A DNA stretch of 64,000 nucleotides from Candidatus Krumholzibacteriia bacterium (GTDB lineage Bacteria; Krumholzibacteriota; Krumholzibacteriia; Krumholzibacteriales; Krumholzibacteriaceae). The position numbers were made by a program, and so were the translations under genes. The notes beneath the pieces are model-generated. The model ran no database searches, had not been told where the DNA came from, and saw only the letters and a list, made by a program, of their open reading frames with translations. This document shows positions 31,084 to 42,347 of this stretch, one piece after another (the stretch's first letter is position 1; the number at the start of each line of letters is the position of its first letter). Location: positions 1,376,001 through 1,440,000 of the forward strand of contig CAWIIQ010000001.1 in the NCBI GenBank assembly GCA_963836185.1, given 5' to 3'.

Positions 31084-31845
31084 ATGTCATCAGAGAGATT
31101 TTTCATTATAGATGGATCCCCCAGGGAGGGAGAGACGGTCTCACTCGGCGAGGGAGAGTCGCGTCACCTCTTCAAGGTGGTCAGGGCGAAGCCGGGCGAC
31201 GAAGTGACCCTCCTCGACGGGAAAGGCGGAAGCTACAGGGCCGTGATCATGACGGGCGGTTCGATCGGAGGCCTGAAAAAGGGCGCCGGCGTCACGGCGG
31301 AGATCATATCGGTGACGAAGACCGGGCCGGCTTTTGCCGTCGATATCGCCATGCCTTTGATCAAATCCCACAGGATGGATTTCGCGATCGAGAAATGCGC
31401 TGAACTCGGTGTGAGGAGCATCATCCCCTTCCGGTGCGAGAGGATCATCTGGAAGGGCGGCGAAAAGGAATCAGGGAAGAAACGGGAGCGCCTTGAAAGA
31501 AAAGTCGCATCGGCCTGCAAGCAGTCGGGCAATCCATGGTTTACGAAGATAGAGCCGGTAGCTCCTTTCCCGGGTCTGGTGGAAAGGCTGAAGGATTACG
31601 GCAGTATCTACCTGGCCGATGCCGGGGGCAGGCCTTTTTCCTCTACCTTCGGGATGCTCAGGGAATCCAGTGAGATGATCGCGGTGGTCGGTCCCGAGGG
31701 CGGATTCACCGGGATCGAGATGGAAGCCATCGAATCAGCCGGTGCTGTAAGGGTCTCCCTGGGCCTTAACAGGCTCCGGAGCGAGACGAGTGCCTTCCTT
31801 ATGGCCTCTGGGATGATACTCTGCAAAAGGGACCTGCAGGAGTAG
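31084..31845 (+). CDS. rsmE: 16S rRNA m3U1498 methyltransferase
   Basis: HLFKVVR, KCAELGV, VGPEGGF, LRSET. Confidence 0.92.
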   Translation: MSSERFFIIDGSPREGETVSLGEGESRHLFKVVRAKPGDEVTLLDGKGGSYRAVIMTGGSIGGLKKGAGVTAEIISVTKTGPAFAVDIAMPLIKSHRMDFAIEKCAELGVRSIIPFRCERIIWKGGEKESGKKRERLERKVASACKQSGNPWFTKIEPVAPFPGLVERLKDYGSIYLADAGGRPFSSTFGMLRESSEMIAVVGPEGGFTGIEMEAIESAGAVRVSLGLNRLRSETSAFLMASGMILCKRDLQE

Positions 31846-31933
31846 GGCCGCCCGCCTTTTGTTGACGCACACCGTCCAGCGTGTATATACTCACCGATTA
31901 GTCATATCCGGGATCTGACCTCGAAAGGATACC

Positions 31934-32398
31934 ATGGCTGGAAATATAATCACCGAAAAACTGCAGGAAGACCTCAAGACGGCTATGAAGGAGAAGGACA
32001 AGCTGCGCATCAGCACGCTTCGGATGTTGATCAGCGAGATGAAGAACGCGCAGCTCGCGGAGAGGGGTGAGCTGAGTGAGGAGAAGGAGATGTCCATCCT
32101 GACCAGCTATGCGAAGAAGAGGCGTGAGTCGATAAAGGGTTTCGAGCAGGGCGGCCGCGATGACCTTGCCGACAACGAACGCATAGAGCTCGAAATAGTG
32201 ATGGCCTATCTTCCCGAGCAGGCAGGCGAGGATGAGATAAGGGCCGAGGTAGAGAAGATAATCGCTGAGTCCGGGGCTGCCGGTCCGCAGGATATGGGCA
32301 AGGTGATGGGGCCGCTGATGGCGAGATTCAAGGGCCGGGCGGATGGAGGCGCCGTGAAAGCGATCGCGATGGAACAGTTGAGGGGCGGCAAAGGGTAG
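31934..32398 (+). CDS. GatB/YqeY domain protein
   Basis: DLKTAMK, KKRRES, GRDDL, YLP, DMGKVMG, GRADG. Confidence 0.92.
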   Translation: MAGNIITEKLQEDLKTAMKEKDKLRISTLRMLISEMKNAQLAERGELSEEKEMSILTSYAKKRRESIKGFEQGGRDDLADNERIELEIVMAYLPEQAGEDEIRAEVEKIIAESGAAGPQDMGKVMGPLMARFKGRADGGAVKAIAMEQLRGGKG

Positions 32399-32402
32399 AC
32401 TG

Positions 32403-33017
32403 ATGCATATTTTCCGTATAGTGATCCTCGCGGTCCTGGCCTGGTTTTTCATCGTAGGGGTGAAAAGGGGCCTGATACGCCAGGTCCTCGAAGTGATTGG
32501 TATCATCGTGGCATTCCTCGCCGCATTCTATTTCGCTCATGCCCTTGCCGAATGGATAGAGGTGAGGACCGAGGCCGATTACAGGCTCTCGCTTGCGCTG
32601 GCCGCGCTGGCCATCTTTATCGGGATAATCATAGGTGTGCATTTTGTCGGTCTGGGGCTGAAAAAGCTCTTCGGCCTTACGATCATGGGAGTCTTCGACC
32701 GCGTGGCCGGCGGGCTCTTCGGGGCCCTCAAGGGAGTGCTGATCATCAGCCTCGTGCTCTCGGTGTTGATGATCCTGCCGGTACCTGACGATATAAAGGA
32801 CGAACTGAGGGATGATCCCGTTACTGGCGCGATCTACCCCGTGCTGCCCGTGCTCTTTGACGCTGTAGTGAGCAATGTGCCGGGCGGGGCGAAGTTCGAG
32901 CAGATCGCCAGGATCAAGGACTCCGACGCTGTCAGGGACGCAAAGAAGAAGATCGATAATATCAAGGAAGATTTCGAGAAGAGCAAAGACAGGCTCGAAA
33001 AGGATCAGGAAGACTGA
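32403..33017 (+). CDS. CvpA (colicin V production) family membrane protein
   Basis: GVKRGL, four hydrophobic segments, DRVAGGLFG; precedes mutS2. Confidence 0.85.
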   Translation: MHIFRIVILAVLAWFFIVGVKRGLIRQVLEVIGIIVAFLAAFYFAHALAEWIEVRTEADYRLSLALAALAIFIGIIIGVHFVGLGLKKLFGLTIMGVFDRVAGGLFGALKGVLIISLVLSVLMILPVPDDIKDELRDDPVTGAIYPVLPVLFDAVVSNVPGGAKFEQIARIKDSDAVRDAKKKIDNIKEDFEKSKDRLEKDQED

Positions 33018-33044
33018 TCCGGCATCCCCCGAAAAGGAAATTCG

Positions 33045-35460
33045 ATGGATCAGGGCGCGAGACGTTCCGCATTGAAAGATGAATTGTCGCAGGCGGCGGA
33101 AAAGCTGGAGCTCAGCGCAGTCCTCGAAATGGTCGCCGGCGCCGCCGCTTCTGAACGCACGGCGCGCAGCATTCTCTCGGAGGATATCCTCGGAAAGATC
33201 GAAGAGATCGAGAAACGCCAGAACGAGACTCTCGAGTTGATGAGGATCAGGCAGAACGGAGAGGACCTGCCTGTGGCGGGCTGGAGAGACAGCACCGAAG
33301 AGCTGTCGATGATAAGCGTGAAGGGGATGACCTCCTCCGGAGAAAGCCTGGCCGCCATCGCGGCGGCCGAGAAAAAAGCGGCCGAGGTAAGCAGGTTCAT
33401 CGAGAGGGCCAGGGAGGACCTGCCGCTTCTATCCGAGTATCTCACGGGATTCTCCATCCGCGACGATATCGTGAGAAAGATAGAGAAGACGATAGGCCCC
33501 GATTTCGAGGTGCTCGACAGGGCGAGCCCCGAACTCGCACGGCTCAGAAAGAAGGCCGGCAGCCTTCGGTCGAAATTGCGGAAGGATTGCGCGGACTTCG
33601 TATCCTCTCACACGAAAGGGAAGGGAGAGGAATTTGTCACAGTGCGCGGGGAGAGGTTCGTTGTCTCCCTGCCCCGTGACGAGGCATCTCATATAAAAGG
33701 TATCGTCCATCACCAGAGCGGCAGCGGGGCCTCACTCTTTATGGAGCCCCTTGATTTCGTAGAGGAAAACAACCGCCTCGAAGCGGCCATACGCAACGAA
33801 CGCGACGAGGTCCTCAGGATACTCGGCCGCTCTGACCGGGGAGGTATACGGGGCCAGGGATGAACTGGCCGGTAACCAGGGGAACCTGCTTATACTGGAC
33901 GCGGTAAGGGCAAGGGCGGTATTCGCGGGAAGATACAGGTGTATCAGGCCCGCTCACAGCGCTGATGGGACACTGACAGTCAGAGCAGCCAGGCACCCTC
34001 TGCTGGAGAAGGGATTCGCGGATGAAGGAGAGGGCAGGGAAGTAACCGGCCTCGACCTTTCGTGCCCGGCGGAATTAAAGATACTCGTGATCTCGGGCCC
34101 AAACGCGGGCGGGAAGACCGTGGCGCTCAAGACGGTCGGCCTTATGATCATGATGGACAGGCACGGCCTGCTGCTTCCCTGCCTTGACGGCACTGTGATT
34201 CCGGATCATCCCGAGATATTTGTCGATATCGGCGATGACCAGTCGATCGAGAAGTCATTGAGTACATTCTCCTCGAGAGTTGCCAAGATGAACAGTATCC
34301 TCGATCTCGCCGGCCCCGCCTCGCTCGTCCTTGTCGATGAGATAGGGGACGGGACAGATCCGGAGGAGGGAGCGGCGCTTGCGGGCGCTCTGCTCGAGGA
34401 TCTTTCGCGGCGGTGCGGCCAGGACAGTAGTGACCACCCACATGAGTTATCTCAAGGGGTGGGCGCATGACACGGATCTTACGCGGAGAATGCCACTCTT
34501 GAGTTCGATCCCGACGCTCTTCAGCCTCTCTACAGGATGAAGATGGGGATCCCCGGCCGCAGCTGGGGGATCGAGACAGCCGGAAGGATGGGGCTGCCCG
34601 GAGAGATCATCGGCAGGGCGAGGGAGAAGATGGCCAGCCCGTCGCTGAGGCTCGAGGAGCTCCTCGCCGATCTCGAGAGGACAGAGCGGATGCTCGCAGC
34701 CGAGCGGGAAGATCTGATCGCCAGGGAGGAGGAACTCGAACGCCTCGTCAGCAGCTACCGCAGCCACCTCGACCACCTCGAGCAGAACCGCGAGGAGCTC
34801 GAGCAGGAGGCGCGCAGGGAGGCGCTCGACATAGTCAAGTCGACCCGCGTCGAGATGGAACGGCTCGTAAAGGATATCCGTACTGCCCAGGCGGAGCGCA
34901 AGGTCATTGCACGTTCGAAGAGGAGATCCAGAAAAAGGCCGAACAGTTCGAGAAAGAGATCAGGCCTGTCAGGCCGAAAGCTTCTCCGCGGCCCGTCGAT
35001 CCAGGGGATCTCGTCCCGGGGCAGTGGGTCGAGGTCACGAGCCTCGGCAGGGATGGAAAGATCATCGAGGCCGAAGGGACGGCTAGGATACTGGTGGAAC
35101 TGCCGGGAGGGATAAGGGTAGAAACAAAGGCCGGCGACCTCGCTGAAGGCGGAAAGCGCGGAGCGCAAAGCCAGAAGAAGCCGCAGGTAAGTTACAATGT
35201 GCCGTATGGCGGAGAGGTCGAGACCGAGTTGATGATCAGGGGGCTCGAGAGGGCGGAGGCGATGGAGAAGGTCGATGCTTTCATCGACAAGGCGGCCCTG
35301 AACGATCTGGGGACGGTACGGGTGATCCACGGGATAGGCCGGGGAATACTTGAAAAAGGCTGTCTATGACATGCTGAGAAACGATCCGAGCGTTGCCGAA
35401 GTCAGACCCGGCGAACCGGCAGTCGGCGGAGACGGGGTGCCGATAGTCAGGTTGAAATAA
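33045..35460 (+). CDS. mutS2: MutS2 family endonuclease with C-terminal Smr domain; several frameshifts
   Basis: SGPNAGGKT Walker A, DIGDDQSIE..LSTFSS, LVDEIG.GTDP, GIPGRS, IHGIG; spread over at least 4 ORFs. Confidence 0.88.
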
Positions 35461-35475
35461 GAGGGAGGCGGAACG

Positions 35476-35825
35476 ATGAATATCAGAAAACTGGGTGATA
35501 CAGAGATAATGAAGAACGCTCACGGCGTAGATGCCCGTAACCTTTACAACACTGACGACGCGATGGTGACTGTCATCACTCTGACGCCAGGGCAGAAACT
35601 GAAGCGTCACATCACTCCGGTCGATGTGGCGTTCTACGTGCTGCGAAGGAACGGGTACTGTGGAGGTCGGCGAAGAGAAGGCGCGAGGTCACGGCGGATA
35701 CATTGATCGAGAGCCCGAAGGACATCGTGCACTGCTGGTACAACGAGAGTGATGCCGACTTGAGGTTCATGGTGATAAAGGCTCCGAAGCCGAAGACAAA
35801 GACCGTATTCATATCGGATGAGTGA
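35476..35825 (+). CDS. Cupin domain protein (frameshifted)
   Basis: LTPGQKLKRHITPVDV.FYV then ESPKDIVHCWYN..LRFMVIKAP in shifted frame. Confidence 0.75.
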
Positions 35826-35853
35826 GACACCGGGAAAAGGCGACTGAACAGCG

Positions 35854-37627
35854 ATGATACCCGAGAATGTAATAGACGACATCAGGGAGCGGACCGACAT
35901 CGTCGAGGTGATCGGCGGATGTCCTCGACCTGAAGCGCGCCGGGCGCAATTTCAAGGCGAACTGTCCGTTTCACGGCGAGAAGACCCCGAGCTTCATGGT
36001 GAGCCCTGAAAAGCAGATATACCATTGCTTCGGCTGCGGCAAGGGCGGAAACGTCTACAGTTTCCTCATGGAGTACGAGGGGGTCGGTTTCGTCGAGGCC
36101 GTAAAGGAACTTGCCAGCCCGCTGAATGTCGATATCGAAAGGTACCTTACCGGCAGCGAGGACCGCAGCAGGTTCGATCCATTCTACCACGCGATGGAAT
36201 TCGCGCAGATCACATTTCCGCAAGGGGCTGGAGGAGAGCAGCGGAAGCAGCCGGATACCTCGAGAGAAGGGGATTCGGAAAGGAACTGGTCGAGACTTAC
36301 AGGATCGGTTTCGCGGGCCCCTCGTGGGAATCGCTCTACAAGGCAGCCACAGAGGCCGGGATCAAGAAGGATACCCTCCTCGAGATGGGTCTTATAATGA
36401 GGAGCAGGGGCTCGACAGGGTACAGGGACTATTTCAGGAACCGGATAATGTTCCCCATCCGTAACCTTCCGGGGCGGGTCGTGGGCTTCGCCGGACGAGT
36501 CATGGACAATTCAGAGCCTAAATACCTCAATTCGATGGAGAATCCGATCTATCACAAGGGAAAGATCCTCTATGGGCTCGACCAGACGAAGGACGATATC
36601 CGTAAGTCCAGAACTGCCTTGGTAGTAGAAGGTTATGTGGACCACTTGATGCTCTGGCAGAGCGGGGTCACCAATATATGTGCCGTCTGCGGCACTTCCC
36701 TGACGGAAGATCAGGCCAGACTCCTTGCACGATACGCTAAACGCATATATATTATCAATGACGGTGACAGGGCGGGAGTACGCGCGGCAGTAAGGGCAGC
36801 TGACCAGCTGGTCGATAGAAGGGCTGGATACCAGCATTGTCGTCTTGCCGGAAAACGAGGATCCCGACAGTTTCATAAGAAAAGAAGGAGTAGAGGCTCT
36901 CCAGAAGTTGATGAGTTCTGCTCCTGATTATTTTGACTACCTCCATGGCGAGGCCAGGAAGGGGACCAGGACCGCATCGCGGAACAGGCAGGTCGTAGAG
37001 CATCTGCTGGCAACGGTCTCCCGGGTCGAAGACGGGGTAAGGCAGGAGATACTTCTGCAGGAGGTCTCCGGTCTGTTCGAGATCCCTGTTGATACCCTGA
37101 GATCAAGCCTCAAGCCTGGAAAGAAACGCAAGCCCCATGTCGAACAACCCGTTCGGCACACCGTCACAAAAAGAGAAGAGAACCAGAAGGTGATGTTCAG
37201 GATAGCGCTTACCAGCGCCTCCCTGGCCGCTCTGGTCACCGAAAATATGATAGAGGAAGACCTCGAGGGGGAGATTTACAGGAAACTCTTCGGGGCCCTC
37301 AAGGAAGCTGTCGAGAAGGACATCGATCCGGCCGGGCCGAAGTTCGCCGGCTCGATCAGCGACCCGGAGCTCTCGGCTCTCGTCGCCGAGATCGTACTCG
37401 CTGAGCCGCCCCCGGGACCGGCGCGTGAGATACTGCACGATCTGGTGCTGTGGATCAAGAAGGCATCGCTCAAGGCCGAGATGGCCGAGATGAAGGAACG
37501 CCTGAGGCAGCTTGAAGAAGAAGGTTCGGACGAGACTTCATCCGAGAGGATAGGGATCGTCTCGTCCTACATACAGATCGAGAGAGAGCTCGGAAAACTG
37601 GAGATCAAGGAGGATTCTCAGTCTTGA
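35854..37627 (+). CDS. dnaG: DNA primase; three frameshifts
   Basis: CPFH.EKTPSF..CFGC zinc finger, [31 protein letters not shown]; precedes rpoD. Confidence 0.92.
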
Positions 37628-39378
37628 TGGATCGAAACAGGATTGAAGAAGTTCTTGTAGAAATCCGGAAACTCGCCGGTGAGAAGGGTTATGTCCTCCA
37701 CGAGGAGATCGAAGGACTGGTAGGCACAGAGTTCGATCCCGAGGATATCATTCCCCTTTACGACAAGCTCAGTGAAGAGAACATCGAGTTCTTCGACTCC
37801 GACGAAAAGGCCCGGATGAAGATCGACGCCCAGGCCAAGCGTGAGCAGAAGGAAGCGAAGAAAGCGGATGAGGATCTCACGACCGGAGTCCGCTACGATG
37901 ATCCGGTAAGGATGTATCTGCGTGAAATGGGCAAGGTCCCGCTGCTCGACCGTGCGGGCGAGATCGAGATCGCCAAGCGCATCGAAGTAGGCAACGGCAA
38001 GGTAGTCCACGCGATATACAACCTGCCCTCGACTACCGATCGCCTCATCGAATACGTCAGGCAGATCGAGGAAGAGGAGGTCCGTCTCGAGGAAGTCCTC
38101 CAGCTCGAATCGGGAGGCCTTCATCCGCACTACACAGGGAAGAAGGAACAGAAAAAATACACTTCGGTCATCAAGCAGATAGTCAAGCTGCGCGACGAGA
38201 CCGATGAGATGAAATCGAAGCTTCGCAAGCGGATCAGCAAGAAGAAGGAAGCCGAGCTGACAAAACTGCTCGAGGACAAGAACAAGAAGCTCAAGGAAAA
38301 ATACGCCAAGATAAAACTGCATCCGAATCAGATCGTGTTTATCGTCGACTGCAACAAGGAGATCCTCCAGGAACTCGAGAAGCACAACAAAGAGCTTCGC
38401 GAATACGAGAAGTTCATCGGCATGACGGCGGATGAAGTCCGCGATGCCCTGAAGATAATGAACGGCCGCTCGACCAAGGCCAAGTCGGAGCTGAAGAAGA
38501 AGGTCAAGTGGTCGAAGGACAACCTCACCGATTTCTCCAGCAGGATAAAGGTCATCGAGCGTGAGTGCCGGGCGATCGAAAAGAGGGAGAATGTCGAGTA
38601 CATCTCTCTGAAGAAGATCGTACGCGACGTGAGATTCGGAGAGCGCAAGGCTGAAAGGGCAAAGCAGGAAATGATCGAGGCGAATGTCCGCCTCGTCATC
38701 TCAATCGCCAAACGGTACACGAACCGCGGCCTCGAGTTCCTCGATCTTATCCAGGAGGGGAATAGCGGGCTGATGCGTGCAGTGGACAAGTTCGACTACC
38801 GCAAGGGGTACAAGTTCAGCACCTACGCCACCTGGTGGATCAGGCAGGCGATCACCAGGGCGATCGCCGACCAGGCGAGGACCATCAGGGTCCCGGTGCA
38901 CATGATAGAGGCGATCAACAAGGTCTCGCGCACACAGCGGAAGCTGATCCAGGAGTTCGGCCGCGAGCCGACCCCCGAGGAGGTCGCGAGCCGCCTCGAT
39001 TATCCTGTCGGCAAGGTCAAGAGCGTGATGAAGGCCTCGATGGAGCCTATCTCGCTTGACAGGCCGATAGGCGAGGATGACGACAGCAATCTCAGTGACT
39101 TCATCGAAGACACGGGCGCCTCGTCACCCGACCAGACGGCGGCCCACTCGATGCTCAAGGACCAGGTCGCAAGGGTGCTCGCCACCCTGACCCCGAGGGA
39201 GGAAAAGGTCGTAAGGCTCAGGTTCGGCCTGGGCGACGGAACACCGAGGACGCTCGAGGAAGTCGGTACGATCTTCAAGGTGACAAGAGAGAGGGTTCGC
39301 CAGATAGAGGCGAAGGCGCTGAGAAAATTGATGCATCCGAGCCGCGCCAGAAAACTCAAGGGGTACATAGACATATAG
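37624..39378 (+). CDS. rpoD: RNA polymerase primary sigma factor
   Basis: [40 protein letters not shown]. Confidence 0.97.
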   Translation: MMDRNRIEEVLVEIRKLAGEKGYVLHEEIEGLVGTEFDPEDIIPLYDKLSEENIEFFDSDEKARMKIDAQAKREQKEAKKADEDLTTGVRYDDPVRMYLREMGKVPLLDRAGEIEIAKRIEVGNGKVVHAIYNLPSTTDRLIEYVRQIEEEEVRLEEVLQLESGGLHPHYTGKKEQKKYTSVIKQIVKLRDETDEMKSKLRKRISKKKEAELTKLLEDKNKKLKEKYAKIKLHPNQIVFIVDCNKEILQELEKHNKELREYEKFIGMTADEVRDALKIMNGRSTKAKSELKKKVKWSKDNLTDFSSRIKVIERECRAIEKRENVEYISLKKIVRDVRFGERKAERAKQEMIEANVRLVISIAKRYTNRGLEFLDLIQEGNSGLMRAVDKFDYRKGYKFSTYATWWIRQAITRAIADQARTIRVPVHMIEAINKVSRTQRKLIQEFGREPTPEEVASRLDYPVGKVKSVMKASMEPISLDRPIGEDDDSNLSDFIEDTGASSPDQTAAHSMLKDQVARVLATLTPREEKVVRLRFGLGDGTPRTLEEVGTIFKVTRERVRQIEAKALRKLMHPSRARKLKGYIDI

Positions 39379-39453
39379 GCGCTAAAAAAATAATTGCGGA
39401 TTCGGATGGAGGATGATAGTTTCCCCATCTGCCGAACCTGAAAAGAAAAATCA

Positions 39454-39528
39454 GGGCCCATAGCTCAGCGGTAGAGCTCCCGGCTCATAACCGGTCGGTC
39501 ACAGGTTCAAATCCTGTTGGGCCCACCA
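39454..39528 (+). tRNA. tRNA with CAU anticodon, probably tRNA-Ile2 (lysidine)
   Basis: GGGCCCA../..TGGGCCC-A-CCA cloverleaf; CTCATAA loop; paired 1-72 excludes fMet; C4-G69/C5-G68 and position after rpoD favour Ile2. Confidence 0.88.
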
Positions 39529-39532
39529 ATCT

Positions 39533-39562
39533 CATCGCCGCCCCGTCCCCGGGGCGGCGATG
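39533..39562 (+). terminator. Strong hairpin after tRNA (no clear U tract)
   Basis: CATCGCCGCCCC...GGGGCGGCGATG. Confidence 0.55.
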
Positions 39563-39629
39563 CTGTGTAGACTACAACATGCACGGCGTGCTACAATTCC
39601 CTTTACCAAACTGACTTCAGGAGGCTTCA

Positions 39630-40151
39630 ATGCGTTACATGACTTTCATACTGCTCGCCGTATCAATAGCACTTACCGCACCAGTGCGCTCTCAACAGAA
39701 GAGCATCGATTTTTCCGGAAAATGGAAGCTCAACAAAGAACTTAGTGATTTCGGTGTCGACCGCGACGGCAAGAAACGAAGACCCCGTGATTCGCAGATG
39801 AAGATCGAACAGGACGAGAAGAACCTCAAGGTCACTATCATCCGGGAGAACCGCGAAGGCAAGGAGCAGAAGACAAAGCTGAAGTATTCACTCGAAGGTA
39901 AAAAGTCGAAGAACAAGACAGATTTCGGCAAGCAGGAATCGACCTTGAAATGGCTCGAGAAAGGGCAGATCCTCAAGATCTCTTCGATAAGCCACATCAA
40001 GCGCGGCGACATTGAGTTCGAGATGGAATCGGTTCAACTCTTTTCAATCGTCGAGGGGCGGCTCGTCATTGAATCGGTCCGCTATACCCCGAGGGGTGAT
40101 ATGGAGACACTGGAAGTCTACCAGAAAGATGTCGATGAACAGGAAGAGTAA
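39630..40151 (+). CDS. Exported hypothetical protein (lipocalin-like beta-barrel)
   Basis: GGAGG RBS, signal peptide, DFSGKWKLN motif. Confidence 0.7.
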   Translation: MRYMTFILLAVSIALTAPVRSQQKSIDFSGKWKLNKELSDFGVDRDGKKRRPRDSQMKIEQDEKNLKVTIIRENREGKEQKTKLKYSLEGKKSKNKTDFGKQESTLKWLEKGQILKISSISHIKRGDIEFEMESVQLFSIVEGRLVIESVRYTPRGDMETLEVYQKDVDEQEE

Positions 40152-40521
40152 AGGGCAGGGAATCATTCTGGCTCTGATCATCGTCAACTTGCTTGCATCA
40201 GTAGCGGCGACAGTCTATGTAAGTGCCTTCGGTGTTCAGGGAGCTCTCCCGCAGCAGCTCATCCACCTCGTTCTTTCCGTCATATTCTTTTACTCTCTAT
40301 ACAGGGGTGTACCCTGGGTACGCATCGCAGCGATAGTCTTGTTTGTGATATCGGGCATGACGGGCATAGCCGGCGGATTCTGGATGCTCTTCATGCTTGT
40401 CGCAGAACCGTATGTATATATTCTGTTCGGAATGTCCCTGATACATCTCATCTCAGCGGCTGTTCTTCTCTTTTCCCCTCCGGTCAAAGCGTATTTTCAA
40501 ACGGAAGTGTTGTCGGAATGA
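40129..40521 (+). CDS. Hypothetical four-helix membrane protein
   Basis: Four hydrophobic segments, LYRG.PW, S..VKAYF tail. Confidence 0.65.
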   Translation: MSMNRKSKGQGIILALIIVNLLASVAATVYVSAFGVQGALPQQLIHLVLSVIFFYSLYRGVPWVRIAAIVLFVISGMTGIAGGFWMLFMLVAEPYVYILFGMSLIHLISAAVLLFSPPVKAYFQTEVLSE

Positions 40522-40531
40522 TGGAGAGCAT

Positions 40532-40840
40532 ATGATATACAAGATCGAATTCGACGGCCTCGAATGGGAATCCCCGATCCCCGGGATGAGGCAGAAGGTC
40601 CTCTCGGATGGCGCGAGGCGGGTTCGGCTCGTAGAGTACAGTGCCGATATGGAACCTCACTGGTGCGACAAGGGCCATCACGGCTATCTCCTTGAGGGAA
40701 GGTTCGAGCTCGAGTTCGACTCCGGTACTTTCGTATACGAGGCCGGAGACGGGGTCTTTATCCCTGACGGCGCGGAACACAGGCATAAGGGGAGAGTGCT
40801 GACCGATGTCGTACGCGTGATATTCGTCGAGGACATCTGA
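40532..40840 (+). CDS. Small cupin-fold protein
   Basis: PHWCDKGHHGYLLEG, AGDGVFIP..HRHK. Confidence 0.78.
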   Translation: MIYKIEFDGLEWESPIPGMRQKVLSDGARRVRLVEYSADMEPHWCDKGHHGYLLEGRFELEFDSGTFVYEAGDGVFIPDGAEHRHKGRVLTDVVRVIFVEDI

Positions 40841-40913
40841 CCTCGGGGTTGTCAATCTCCGCGTTTCGTAATAATCTCTTCATGCAAAGACTTTCCATGT
40901 CAAAGGAGCCTTC

Positions 40914-41276
40914 ATGCCTCAGGTCGTTCTCGAATACTCGTCCAATATCAGGGAGAAGATAGACAGCGAGGTGATCCTCGGTGAGATCGCCTCGGTCATA
41001 TCGGCGGCGGGGGAGATACCCGTAGAGAATTTCAAGTGCAGGCTTGTCAGAAGAGAAGAGTACCTTGTCGGGAAGGGGCGAGAGAGGGACGCCTTCGTCC
41101 ATCTCGAGGTGGGAATCCTCTCGGGGCGTACCCCGGAATCAAAGCGGAGGATCGGCGAGGACTGCATAGAGTACCTCGAGGGATATTATTCTCCCCTGGC
41201 AGGCGAACTTTCCCTGCAGATCACCGTAGAGATAAGAGAGATGGAGAAAAAGGTTTACTTCAAGACGGTCACTTGA
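40914..41276 (+). CDS. 5-carboxymethyl-2-hydroxymuconate isomerase-like tautomerase
   Basis: N-terminal Pro (MPQVVLEYSSN), FKCR, FVHLEV.ILSGR. Confidence 0.85.
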   Translation: MPQVVLEYSSNIREKIDSEVILGEIASVISAAGEIPVENFKCRLVRREEYLVGKGRERDAFVHLEVGILSGRTPESKRRIGEDCIEYLEGYYSPLAGELSLQITVEIREMEKKVYFKTVT

Positions 41277-41290
41277 AAGCAGGGACAGAG

Positions 41291-41647
41291 ATGATGGATA
41301 TCGAGCAGGATCCTGATGGGAGAAAATGGGCGGCGTTGTGTCACATCATGGCGCTGACCGGATTGATAGGTAACGGTATCGGGTTTGTGCTCGGCCCGCT
41401 GGTGGTCTGGCTGATCAAGAAAGATGAGCACCCTTTTGTAGAAGAGCAGGGAAAGGAAGCTATCAACTTCCAGATCACGATGTTTATCGCGGCGATGATC
41501 AGTATACTGCTTACTGTAGTCGTGATCGGACTCTTCCTGGTGATCGCGGTCGGGCTCATCATGGTGATATTCCCGATCATAGCGGCGGTGAAGGCGAGCA
41601 ACGGTGAACATTACAGGTACCCGTTTACTATAAGGTTCATAAGTTAG
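41291..41647 (+). CDS. DUF4870 membrane protein
   Basis: WAALCH, GPLVVWL.KK, QGKEAINFQ, YRYP..IRF. Confidence 0.85.
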   Translation: MMDIEQDPDGRKWAALCHIMALTGLIGNGIGFVLGPLVVWLIKKDEHPFVEEQGKEAINFQITMFIAAMISILLTVVVIGLFLVIAVGLIMVIFPIIAAVKASNGEHYRYPFTIRFIS

Positions 41648-41672
41648 GAAGATACAGCGAACGGAGAAGATA

Positions 41673-42134
41673 TTGAAAGCATACCTCGTAAGGCACGCCC
41701 AGCCAGTCAACGCATCAGTAGATCCAGCCAGGCCGCTTTCCGAAGAAGGGATGCGGGAGATAACAAAGGTCGCCGATCATCTTGCGGGCAGGGGGGATGT
41801 CTCTCCCGAGATCATCGTACACAGTGGGAAGACAAGGGCCAGGCAGACCGCGGAAGTCCTCGCTTCTAGGCTCGATCCTCCGGGAGGAGTGAGGGAGGAG
41901 CCGGGACTCAAGCCCAATGACGATATCGAAGGCTGGGATGCCATTCTTGCCTCGTCACCTGGCGCGATGCTCGTCGGCCATATGCCCTTCATGGGACTTC
42001 TGTCATGCGAGCTGACCCGCGGCAATGTATGTGGATGGAACACAGAGTTCAGGACTGCCGAGGTCTCCTGTTTTGAGCGTAGCGACAGTAATGACTGGAA
42101 GCTCCTCTGGCATATCGCGCCCGAAGATATATAA
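41673..42134 (+). CDS. sixA: Phosphohistidine phosphatase SixA
   Basis: YLVRHA, RPLS, SGKTRARQTA, LVGHMP. Confidence 0.88.
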   Translation: MKAYLVRHAQPVNASVDPARPLSEEGMREITKVADHLAGRGDVSPEIIVHSGKTRARQTAEVLASRLDPPGGVREEPGLKPNDDIEGWDAILASSPGAMLVGHMPFMGLLSCELTRGNVCGWNTEFRTAEVSCFERSDSNDWKLLWHIAPEDI

Positions 42135-42347
42135 TTGATGTATATACCCTGTTAAAGGCTCCTTATCCGGCCTGAAGATTGCGTGGGATTTCTCATGTTT
42201 TCCCGCTCTGCGTGCGCTATGGCGGAGCGAAATGCGGCGCGGGAAGCTATGTCGCTGATATATAATATTTTATGCTGCCCGGCATTTTTGCGGCGGCCAT
42301 AAGACGCTATTCCACATAGCTTTACTTTGCAACAGCGGGAGTCAATA

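Noticed and set aside
24422-39528. Integrative element at tRNA-Sec or tRNA(CAU)
   Set aside because: No integrase, transposase or duplicated tRNA 3' end seen; flanking genes are housekeeping
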